Virus record (IMG/VR): IMGVR_UViG_3300049138_000100
Coordinates: 1 to 29,929 of that record
Length of the DNA: 29,929 nucleotides
Origin: a virus
Taxonomy: Duplodnaviria; Caudoviricetes
Direction: 5' to 3' (one strand)
The position numbers were made by a program, and so were the translations under genes. Positions 1 to 7,166 of this stretch are shown here, in pieces (positions within the stretch are counted from its first letter, which is position 1; the number at the start of each line of letters is the position of its first letter). The notes beneath the pieces are model-generated. The model did not search any database. It was not told where the DNA came from and saw only the letters and a program-made list of their open reading frames with translations.

Positions 1-37
1 CCCTCGCCTCCTACCGCGCACGCCGGACGGTGACCGC

Positions 38-358
38 ATGACCGCCAACCAGACCACCGCGTGGCCCGAGGGCGTCATCGCCCGCTACCTCACCGTGGGC
101 GGCGCCACCGTCGACATCACCGAGCGGGCTGGCTACATGACCAGCACCGACCCCACCGAGACGGTCGCCACCTGCACCGGGTGCGGCACGGCGGAGAAGG
201 TCGAGTGGACCCAGAGGATCTGGAACCACACCACCGACCGCATGGTGGACGAGCACGACGAGGGCGGTCGCCGCTCCATGCAGAAGATGCGCGAGTGGGC
301 CCAGTGCCACGCCGAGGACTGCCGGGCGATGCCCCGTCCGGGTGGTGACACGCGATGA
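38..358 (+). CDS. Small Zn-binding hypothetical protein (CxxC...HxxxC), 106 aa
   Basis: GC3-rich ORF with RYLTVGGATV, CTGC and HAEDC; ATGA overlap with the next gene. Confidence 0.8.
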   Translation: MTANQTTAWPEGVIARYLTVGGATVDITERAGYMTSTDPTETVATCTGCGTAEKVEWTQRIWNHTTDRMVDEHDEGGRRSMQKMREWAQCHAEDCRAMPRPGGDTR

Positions 359-498
359 GCCCCGCCGAGATCAAGGACACGCAGGCGAAGCTTGACCGGA
401 TCCTCAAGGCCAACGCCAAGCGGCCGGTCGCCACCCGCACCCTCGCCGACAGCGGCCGGTGCACGCGCCCCGGCTGCACGAAGTGCGGCAAGCGATGA
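355..498 (+). CDS. 47-aa basic hypothetical protein with Cys-rich C-terminus
   Basis: Read manually: MSPAEIKDTQAKLDRILKANAKRPVATRTLADSGRCTRPGCTKCGKR; ATGA overlaps at both ends. Confidence 0.75.
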   Translation: MSPAEIKDTQAKLDRILKANAKRPVATRTLADSGRCTRPGCTKCGKR

Positions 499-638
499 AG
501 AAGACCCCGCACGAGGAGGCCATGGAGCGCCTCGCCCTCCGGATCAGCCTCGCCAACCAGCTCGACTCCGCCATGCCCGCCACCCCGCCCCCCGTCGGCG
601 ACGACGAGGACGAGCACGACCAGCCGGCCAAGCGCTGA
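495..638 (+). CDS. 47-aa hypothetical protein
   Basis: Read manually: MKKTPHEEAMERLALRISLANQLDSAMPATPPPVGDDEDEHDQPAKR; ATGA coupling to the upstream gene. Confidence 0.7.
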   Translation: MKKTPHEEAMERLALRISLANQLDSAMPATPPPVGDDEDEHDQPAKR

Positions 639-693
639 GGTTGCGGGTGCCCGCCCGGCCCTGTCGGGCGGGACGCCCGGAGCAGCAGCTCCA
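631..693 (+). promoter_or_regulatory. Structured leader motif, copy 1 (GGTTGCGG-stem-CCGGAGCAGC..GCTCCA)
   Basis: Long hairpin with GGA bulge; shared with 5332-5392 and 6029-6096; lies just upstream of the HU RBS. Confidence 0.6.
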
Positions 694-715
694 CTCCCAC
701 CAGCCAAGGAGACCC

Positions 716-1012
716 ATGAACAAGTCCGAGCTCACCGCCGCCATCGTCGCCAGCACCGGCGAGAGCACGAAGACCGTGGCCGCCATCGTCAACGCCGCGT
801 TCAACACCATCCAGGACACCGTCGCCACCGGCGAGGACGTCGCCGTCATCGGGTTCGGCAAGTTCGAGCGGGTCCACCGGCCCGCCCGCACCGCGAAGAA
901 CCCGTCCACCGGCGAGGACATCGACGTCGCCGAGAGCCACACGCCGAAGTTTCGCCCCGGCGCCGGATTCAAGGACGTCGTGAACAGCGGCCGGACGCTC
1001 GCCAACGCCTAG
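716..1012 (+). CDS. hup: HU family histone-like DNA-binding protein, 98 aa
   Basis: MNKSEL start, IGFGKF, RTAKNPSTGE and PKFRPG motifs; AAGGAG RBS; true start ATG 716 rather than 392. Confidence 0.95.
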   Translation: MNKSELTAAIVASTGESTKTVAAIVNAAFNTIQDTVATGEDVAVIGFGKFERVHRPARTAKNPSTGEDIDVAESHTPKFRPGAGFKDVVNSGRTLANA

Positions 1013-1101
1013 CACCGCACAGCCCGACCGGACCCAGCCGCCGCCCCGGGAGCAACGCCCGGGGCGGGCGCGCACCGCCCCACGACCAGCAAGGAGACGA
1101 C

Positions 1102-1266
1102 ATGGGCAAGTGGAAGCAGGTCAAGGACAAGGACGACCTGATCAAGAAGGTCGCCAAGGACACGGGCGTCATGCCCTACCAGGTGAACGTCAAGGACGGC
1201 GGCACCATCATTGCCCGCCGCGGCGACGAGGAGCGCGTCATCGGCGCCTGGACCTACGGCGACTGA
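1102..1266 (+). CDS. 54-aa hypothetical protein
   Basis: AAGGAGA RBS; MGKWKQVKDKDDLIKKVAKDTGVMPYQVNVKDGGTIIARRGDEERVIGAWTYGD; strong GC3 bias. Confidence 0.8.
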   Translation: MGKWKQVKDKDDLIKKVAKDTGVMPYQVNVKDGGTIIARRGDEERVIGAWTYGD

Positions 1267-1354
1267 CGTCGAGTCCTGCCGCCCCGACCACGGGCCGGGG
1301 CGGCTCACCCGACGCCAGAACCACCACCCACCCCACAGCCACGAAGCAGGAGCC

Positions 1355-2683
1355 ATGACCACCAGCCAGCACGAGCGCGTCAACGGGGCCAACCCCATGC
1401 CGCCGCCCGCCCCGCACCGGCCGTCCCGCGCCGAGCGGCTGGCCGCCGACGCCGCGGCCAAGGCTGAACGCGACCGCATCCTCGACGAAGCCCGCCGCGA
1501 ACGTGCACGCCGTCAGGAGCAGTGGGTCGCCGAGCGCGACCAGCTCCGCGAGCAGCGCCGCCGCACCCGCAAGACCAGCAACGACACCGCCCGCCGCGAA
1601 CGCATCACCGCCTGGCAGGCCCGCCTGCAGAAGTGGTGGCACGCCTTCGTCCTTGTCGGCGCCATCGTCGGCGTCAACATCGTTGCCGTCGTCGGCCAGG
1701 TCACCGCCTTCTCGGCCAGCACGGAGGCGAACGGCTTCGGCTGGTCCCCGCTGCAGGCCATCGCCACCGCCGCCGTCATCGAGACGATCGCCATCTACGT
1801 CGGCTGGCACGCCCACACGGCGCTGATCGAAGGTGACTCGGTGATGCGGCTGCGCGTCACCTCCTACGCCATCGCGCTCGGCGTGGGCGCGCTCAACTAC
1901 TACCACTACGCACCGACGTGGAAGTTCGACGACCAGGCGGTCATGTTCGGCGGCGCGTCGGTGCTGTCCCCGTGGCTGTGGGCGATGCACTCCCGCCACC
2001 AGCACCGCCAAGCCCTTCGCGAGCAGGGCCTGATCGACCCGCGCGCCCCGAAGTTCAGTGCGCTGCGGTGGCTGCTGTGGCGGTCGGAGACGTGGACCGC
2101 GCTGCGGTGGGCGGTCCGGTACGGCGAGCAGTCGCCCGGCGCCGCGATCCTCGCCGTGCAGGGGGAGGCCGCCGACGTCGACACCATGCAGATGCTGGAC
2201 CGAACTCGTGACCAGATCGTGGTGGCACAGTGCGCGCTCATCCGCGCGCAGGGCGACGCACTCAAGGTCATGGAACTGGTCACTTCGCAGGAGTGCCCAG
2301 CGTTCGATGAAGTGACCGTCGAGCGTCCGATCGACTGTCCGCCCGAGGTCCCCGAACTGCCCCCGCCCCCCGTCTCCGAGCTGGTCACTTCACAGAACGC
2401 TGAAGGTGACCAGGCGAATGACCGGGAAAGGCCCGATGAGCAGGACAATCGCGAGGCTGAGACGTGGATCCGACGCCGGATGCGAGGGGGGCGCACCCCC
2501 ACGCAGAAGGAGGTCTGCGAGAAGTACTCGTACAGCAAGGGGTGGGCCCGGCTCCGTGTCCAGGCAGCGCGCGATGAGATGACCGCGAAGGGCTACCGGT
2601 TCCTGCCGGGGAACGTCGTCCAGCCGCCCGCCGAGACGGCCACTTCCAGTGACGCTGGAGTGACCGCGGCTGGGGGTGCGTGA
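1355..2683 (+). CDS. SpdB2/DUF2637-like membrane protein: N-terminal coiled coil, about 4 TM helices, Pro/acidic linker, C-terminal HTH-like domain, 442 aa
   Basis: AGGAG RBS before ATG 1355; Arg/Glu helical N-terminus; four hydrophobic segments ending SVLSPWLW; PTQKEVCEKYSYSKGWARLRV resembles an HTH; position upstream of an FtsK gene. Confidence 0.7.
   Translation: MTTSQHERVNGANPMPPPAPHRPSRAERLAADAAAKAERDRILDEARRERARRQEQWVAERDQLREQRRRTRKTSNDTARRERITAWQARLQKWWHAFVLVGAIVGVNIVAVVGQVTAFSASTEANGFGWSPLQAIATAAVIETIAIYVGWHAHTALIEGDSVMRLRVTSYAIALGVGALNYYHYAPTWKFDDQAVMFGGASVLSPWLWAMHSRHQHRQALREQGLIDPRAPKFSALRWLLWRSETWTALRWAVRYGEQSPGAAILAVQGEAADVDTMQMLDRTRDQIVVAQCALIRAQGDALKVMELVTSQECPAFDEVTVERPIDCPPEVPELPPPPVSELVTSQNAEGDQANDRERPDEQDNREAETWIRRRMRGGRTPTQKEVCEKYSYSKGWARLRVQAARDEMTAKGYRFLPGNVVQPPAETATSSDAGVTAAGGA
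2205..2665. repeat. Intragenic GGTCACTTC/GAAGTGACC direct and inverted repeats
   Basis: CTGGTCACTTC at 2276 and 2381, GAAGTGACC 2309, GGTGACCAG 2405, GTGACCAG 2208, GGCCACTTC 2638, GGAGTGACC 2657. Confidence 0.65.
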
Positions 2684-2976
2684 TGACCACGCTGCTCACC
2701 GCCGCCCTCGCCGTCCTGGCGTTCGCCCTGCTCAGCCTCCGCCCCGCCGACGGCGACTCCCGCACCTGGGCCGACTATCGGGCGCATGCCCGCAACACCG
2801 GCCTCCTCGGCTGCCTCCTCGGCGCTCTCCGGGTCGGCCTCGTGGCTGGCCTGCTCGTCCTCAACGACGCATGCCGCCTGCTCCACCCGGCCATCGAGGG
2901 CGCCCGGATCGTGCTCGGAGCGCTCGCCTACGCCGTCCTGTACGCCTGCCGACCCGCCGTAGGAGGCACCGCATGA
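2683..2976 (+). CDS. Small hydrophobic membrane protein (Spd-like), 97 aa
   Basis: TGATG coupling upstream, ATGA coupling to the FtsK gene; 2-3 hydrophobic segments. Confidence 0.7.
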   Translation: MTTLLTAALAVLAFALLSLRPADGDSRTWADYRAHARNTGLLGCLLGALRVGLVAGLLVLNDACRLLHPAIEGARIVLGALAYAVLYACRPAVGGTA

Positions 2977-5150
2977 GCACGCCCGACCGGCCGCGGCTGT
3001 CGCTCGTCCCGAAGCGGGACGCTGACTACGCCCCCGACCTGCCCGAGGAGCGTCACGACGAGCTCGACACCCGCCCCGACCAGGAGCTCGACCAAGTCGT
3101 CTACGAGGGCGAGATCCTGTCGGACCGGCCCGTACGCACCAGCCGCCTCCCCGCGGTGGTGGTTGACGGGGTGATGGTCGTCCGCTCCCCTGAGAAGAGG
3201 GCGAAGGCGGCAAAGACCGTGGCCCGGGGCGGCGTCACCGTGGCCCAAGGCTGGCACTCCTGGCTGGTGCGGGCATACGACTCGCTCACCTTCGGCGTGT
3301 ACCGGCGGCAGATCCGCGCCGCCGAAGCCGCCGGCGACCGGGAGGCGCTCGCCGACTGGACGGAGCGGAAGGCGCGGGCCGTCGCCGAGCGCCGCACCAG
3401 GCTGATGGAGTTGCCGCAGCTGGCGCTGAACGTGGCCCGGTTCCTGGGCATTTCCCTGCTCGGCGCGCTGGTGCTGCTGCTGGCCCTGTCCATCGCCGTC
3501 TGGGCGACCGGCGTCGGTAGCTTCGGCGCGGTGTGGGAGCTGGCGGGCGGGCTGCTGCGGCTGATCCTGACCGTCCTCAAGTGGGCGTGGCCTGCGGCTC
3601 CGCTCGCCATGCTGTGGGCCGCATGGCGTGAGGGCCGGCGGCGCAACGACCCGCCGCGCTGGCTCGCCACCTCAGCCGACACCGACGTGGACGTAGTCAT
3701 CGACGAGACGACGATCGCGCGAGCGCTGGGCGCGCTGAGGATCCCCCAGATCAACGCCTACCTCAAGCAGGGATTGCCGCTGCAGTTCCTCGTCCCCGCA
3801 CGCAAAGAGGGGCGCGGCACCTACGCCGAGCTGCGACTCCCCATGGGCGTGACCGCAGAGCAGATCAGCAAGCCTGACAAGCGGGCCGGCCTGGCCGCCG
3901 GCCTATACCGGGCGACGAAGGAGGTGTGGCCCTCGACAGGCGGCGAGGCGGGGATCCTCAAGTTGTGGATCGCGAACAAGGGCGCGCTCGCCGAGGGAGC
4001 CGGGCCGTATCCGCTGCTCGCCGACGGCGTGGTGGACGTCTTCAAGGGGGTGCCGTTCGGCAAGACGTTGAAGGGCGACCCGATCGTGGCCCCGCTCATG
4101 GAGCGCAACACGCTCACGGGCGGGATGCCTGGACAGGGTAAGTCCAGTTCGGCCCGGGTCATCATGGCCGGGGCCGCCCTGGACCCGACCGCCGAGCTGC
4201 GGATCGCGATCCCCGACACGAACTTCGACTTCGAGGTGTTCCGCCGCCGCTGCTCCCGCTACGTGATGGGCGCCGAGGACGAGAAGGTCGAGTGGATCCT
4301 GTGGGACCTGCGTGAGCTGTACGAGGAGGTGCAGGCGCGCGGTGCGCTGCTGGTCAAGCATGAGGAGCCTGCCGTGACGCGGGCGCTCGCGTCCGCTGGT
4401 GTCGGCCTGCATCCGCTGTTCTACCTGCTGGAGGAGGCGCACCTGGCGATCCAGCACAAGGAGTTCGGCGAGGAGATCTCGCAGCTGCTGTGCGACATCG
4501 TGAAGCTGGGCCGCAAGCGCGGCATCCACATGATCGTGTCCACGCAGGCGCCCACCAAGGACAGCATGCCCCGGGATGTGACCCGCAACTGCAGCAACGG
4601 GGTCGCGTTCGCGGTGGGGGACCACGTGGCGAACGATGCGCTGCTGGGGCAGGGCGCTTACCGGGCCGGCCACCGGGCCACTGAGCTGATCCCCGGCACC
4701 GACGTTGGTACTGCGGTGGTCAAGGGGTTCACCGGGGAGCGCAGCGACCTTGTGCAGGCGTACTTCCTGTCTGTGAGTAAGCGCAACGACCAGGTGACGC
4801 CCATCATCGACCGGTCGTTGGCGGCGATCGAGAAGCTGGGCACTGGTCTGCCTGGCCGGTGTCGTCCTCCTGCTCCGCCTGTCGAGCGGGATTTGCTGGA
4901 GGACCTGGCGGAGGTGCTGGGCGGGGAGCCGATCGGGGCCGCCGATGTGAAGGGTCTGCTGGTCAATCTGGCTCCGCAGTGGCAGCCGTACAAGGCGCTG
5001 ACCGTCAAGGCGCTGGTGGACCGTTTGGCTGCGTTCGGGGTGAAGGTGCCGTCCACGGGCAACCGTTGGCTGGTCGATCCGGCAGCCATTCGGGATGCCC
5101 TTGCGCGGCGCTCCACGGGCGGCCAGGACGGCGAGGGGGGTGCGGGTTAA
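2973..5150 (+). CDS. FtsK/SpoIIIE-family DNA translocase, TraB-like (plasmid/AICE transfer protein), 725 aa
   Basis: AGGAGG RBS; N-terminal TM helices; Walker A GMPGQGKS; Walker B FYLLEEAH; GRKRGIHMIVSTQ motif; short C-terminal winged-helix-like domain. Confidence 0.88.
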   Translation: MSTPDRPRLSLVPKRDADYAPDLPEERHDELDTRPDQELDQVVYEGEILSDRPVRTSRLPAVVVDGVMVVRSPEKRAKAAKTVARGGVTVAQGWHSWLVRAYDSLTFGVYRRQIRAAEAAGDREALADWTERKARAVAERRTRLMELPQLALNVARFLGISLLGALVLLLALSIAVWATGVGSFGAVWELAGGLLRLILTVLKWAWPAAPLAMLWAAWREGRRRNDPPRWLATSADTDVDVVIDETTIARALGALRIPQINAYLKQGLPLQFLVPARKEGRGTYAELRLPMGVTAEQISKPDKRAGLAAGLYRATKEVWPSTGGEAGILKLWIANKGALAEGAGPYPLLADGVVDVFKGVPFGKTLKGDPIVAPLMERNTLTGGMPGQGKSSSARVIMAGAALDPTAELRIAIPDTNFDFEVFRRRCSRYVMGAEDEKVEWILWDLRELYEEVQARGALLVKHEEPAVTRALASAGVGLHPLFYLLEEAHLAIQHKEFGEEISQLLCDIVKLGRKRGIHMIVSTQAPTKDSMPRDVTRNCSNGVAFAVGDHVANDALLGQGAYRAGHRATELIPGTDVGTAVVKGFTGERSDLVQAYFLSVSKRNDQVTPIIDRSLAAIEKLGTGLPGRCRPPAPPVERDLLEDLAEVLGGEPIGAADVKGLLVNLAPQWQPYKALTVKALVDRLAAFGVKVPSTGNRWLVDPAAIRDALARRSTGGQDGEGGAG

Positions 5151-5316
5151 GTTAGCCCGCTCCCGCCCCTCGAAAGGTTCTCTGAGGGCCTTCTGGAGGG
5201 CCCGATCTAACTCGGTATGGCGACCTAACTGACCTAACTTTCCGCAGGTCAAGGGCAGGTTATATCCGCGAACGGCGGGGGTTAGAAATCTAACTCGATT
5301 TCGCCGATCTAACTCG
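5145..5316. repeat. clt-like cluster of 9-bp GAYCTAACT repeats (putative translocase recognition sites)
   Basis: Direct copies at 5204, 5222, 5231, 5287 (AATCTAACT) and 5306; inverted GTTAG copies at 5151 and 5281; palindrome GTTAGAAATCTAAC 5281-5294; immediately 3' of the TraB-like gene. Confidence 0.75.
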
Positions 5317-5331
5317 TGATCCACACCGCGC

Positions 5332-5392
5332 GAGCGGTGGTTGCGGGTGCTCTCCCACCCCCTCGGGAGGGCCGCCCGGAGCAGCCGCTCCA
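5332..5392 (+). promoter_or_regulatory. Structured leader motif, copy 2
   Basis: GAGCG-GTG-GTTGC-GGGTG...CGCCC-GGA-GCAGC-CGCTC hairpin. Confidence 0.6.
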
Positions 5393-5429
5393 CCATTCCC
5401 CACACACCCGACCAGGACAGGAGACAACC

Positions 5430-5651
5430 ATGTTCGACCGGATGCCAGCGAAGAAGCTCACCGCCGCCAAGGGCGGGTCGTCGACCGCGAACCACCTCGC
5501 CGACCTCGCCACCAAGGCGAACGGGCACGGCGTGACCCGCGTCGACAAGGAGCGCGCCCAGGCAGCACTGGAGGCCGCGGTCGGGTCGCGGAAGGCGAAG
5601 CGGCTGAAGGACGACGCGATCAAATCCGCCCGCAGGTCGGTGTTCGGCTGA
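5430..5651 (+). CDS. 73-aa basic hypothetical protein
   Basis: AGGAGA RBS; ATG 5430; TGATG coupling downstream. Confidence 0.75.
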   Translation: MFDRMPAKKLTAAKGGSSTANHLADLATKANGHGVTRVDKERAQAALEAAVGSRKAKRLKDDAIKSARRSVFG

Positions 5652-5842
5652 TGGGCGTCTTTATGAAGCTCGCCGGCATCGGTGTGCTGTTCGGCGGCGG
5701 GTCGCTGCTGACGGGGTGGCTGCTGTTCGGCGGGCACGTCGCGTTGGCGTGGCTGGTGCTCGCTGCCACGGCGGCGCTGACCGTCGGCGTGATCGTGCTC
5801 ATCACGCGGGAGACCCAGCAGGCAGAGCAGGTGCAGCGGTGA
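5651..5842 (+). CDS. 63-aa two-TM membrane protein
   Basis: Two hydrophobic helices; TGATG overlaps at both ends. Confidence 0.75.
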   Translation: MGVFMKLAGIGVLFGGGSLLTGWLLFGGHVALAWLVLAATAALTVGVIVLITRETQQAEQVQR

Positions 5843-6030
5843 TGGCCGCGGCCCGTCCGACCGTGCGCCCTGCCGCGTGGCGCAACAGCAACCTCGGCCC
5901 GTCCGAGGCCCGCAAGCAGGGCAAGTGCGGGGACTGCGGCGGCACCGGCCGGTTCCAGCAGCCCATCCGTGGCCGTCTCGTCGCCGTCATCTGCCGGGAC
6001 TGCGAAGGGTCCGGCGAGCACCGCAGGTGA
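5842..6030 (+). CDS. 62-aa protein with DnaJ-type zinc-finger motifs (2 x CxxCxGxG)
   Basis: CGDCGGTG and CRDCEGSG; TGATG coupling. Confidence 0.75.
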   Translation: MAAARPTVRPAAWRNSNLGPSEARKQGKCGDCGGTGRFQQPIRGRLVAVICRDCEGSGEHRR

Positions 6031-6096
6031 GCGGTGGTTGCGGTTGTCCGCCCGGCAGGAGGGGCGTCGGGCGGACGGCCGGAGCAGCGAGCTCCA
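6029..6096 (+). promoter_or_regulatory. Structured leader motif, copy 3
   Basis: GAGCGGTGGTTGC-GGTTG-TCCGCCCGGC...GTCGGGCGGA-CGGCC-GGA-GCAGC. Confidence 0.6.
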
Positions 6097-6120
6097 TCAA
6101 TTGACCAGGAGGAGAACGGC

Positions 6121-6318
6121 ATGCGGTACGCCGGACACACCAACTTCGAGATCAAGAAGAACCCGCGCGGCGGATGGCTGGCCGTATTCGACTGCACAGC
6201 CGAGGGATGCGGCGCCGGTGCATCCGCGACTGGCGACCATGAGTTCGGCCCGTACACGGGATCGTGCAGTCGTGGACATGGGATCTACATCCCCTCCGTA
6301 CAGAAGGGCGCCCGATGA
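6121..6318 (+). CDS. 65-aa Cys/His hypothetical protein
   Basis: AGGAGGAG RBS; CTAEGC...CSRGH. Confidence 0.75.
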   Translation: MRYAGHTNFEIKKNPRGGWLAVFDCTAEGCGAGASATGDHEFGPYTGSCSRGHGIYIPSVQKGAR

Positions 6319-6455
6319 ACCGCTGCCCGCGCTGCTCGACGCCACTCGACGAGGGCCCGGTCGTCTACCGGTGCTCGACCTGCCGCCGCACCGTGTACGC
6401 CGCTGACCTCGACACCGAGTTCGTGCCCCGCGTGCTCGTCGCTGCACGCCCCTGA
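6315..6455 (+). CDS. 46-aa zinc-ribbon protein
   Basis: CPRC...CSTC; ATGA overlap. Confidence 0.75.
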   Translation: MNRCPRCSTPLDEGPVVYRCSTCRRTVYAADLDTEFVPRVLVAARP

Positions 6456-6557
6456 CCGGCCGTCCGGGGTGCTCCATCCGCCGCACAGCGGGTGGGGTGC
6501 CCGGCGCGACCGGCCAGCAGGCCGACCCCGCGACCAGAAGCAACAAGAGGAGACGCG

Positions 6558-6746
6558 ATGTTCAAGAAACCATGCGGGCTGACCTTCGTCCCGGCCGACG
6601 GCAGCGAAGAGAAGCCCTGCACCCGCAAGGGGCTTCACGGACCCTTCCGCGCCAGCGACACCGAGACTCACACCCGCGTCCCCGGCGGTGCGCTGGTCAG
6701 CCCGCGCGCCCTGGCGGCGGACGCGCTGCGCAGGACGGGGGCGTGA
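6558..6746 (+). CDS. 62-aa hypothetical protein
   Basis: GAGGAGA RBS, ATG 6558. Confidence 0.7.
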   Translation: MFKKPCGLTFVPADGSEEKPCTRKGLHGPFRASDTETHTRVPGGALVSPRALAADALRRTGA

Positions 6747-6747
6747 C

Positions 6748-6936
6748 GTGGACACGACCATGTGCCCAGGATGCATAGGGCGAGGTGGCGGCACCCGCTG
6801 CTGCATGTGCGACAAGCCGATCCCCGCCGAACTCCAGCGGACGACCGGCCAGCCCGCCTACCCGGGCGACGCCTACGACCCGAGATGTCCGCGCTGCGCG
6901 GTCGGCGCGTTCCACACGCACAGGACGGGGGTGTGA
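6748..6936 (+). CDS. 62-aa Cys-rich hypothetical protein
   Basis: GTG 6748 (or ATG 6760); CPGC, CCMC, CPRC...HTH. Confidence 0.65.
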   Translation: MDTTMCPGCIGRGGGTRCCMCDKPIPAELQRTTGQPAYPGDAYDPRCPRCAVGAFHTHRTGV

Positions 6937-7166
6937 TGGCTGCCAGCAGGTACCCCACCGCTGGCGGGCAGACCGTCACCTGGACCGCCCAGCCCGGCGA
7001 GCTCGACGTGGAATGGGCGCCCCCGCTCGACGTCGGGACGTGGAAGTGCAGCGGCTGCCACCGCACCGGCCTAGGTGGACAGGGCGAGGCGGAAGGCCAC
7101 GCCGCCAAGTGCCGGGAGAGGCAGGAGTCCGCGTGGACGATGCTCGCCGAACGGCGCGGAAGGTGA
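6936..7166 (+). CDS. 76-aa Zn-binding protein, paralogue-like to 38..358
   Basis: RYPTAGGQTV, CSGC, HAAKC; TGATG coupling. Confidence 0.7.
   Translation: MAASRYPTAGGQTVTWTAQPGELDVEWAPPLDVGTWKCSGCHRTGLGGQGEAEGHAAKCRERQESAWTMLAERRGR

Noticed and set aside
2973-5150. ATPase as type VII secretion EccC, chromosomal FtsK or a T4SS coupling protein
   Set aside because: Single ATPase domain; no WXG100, relaxase or VirB4 genes; mobile-element context with Spd-like neighbours and a downstream repeat array
5145-5316. Short repeats as a CRISPR array
   Set aside because: Units are 9-13 bp, irregularly spaced and in both orientations, with no unique ~30-bp spacers and no cas genes
5332-5392. CCGGAGCAGCC as SRP (4.5S) RNA or a tRNA
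   Set aside because: Lacks the CAGG...GGAA tetraloop of SRP domain IV, has no cloverleaf, and occurs in three leader copies
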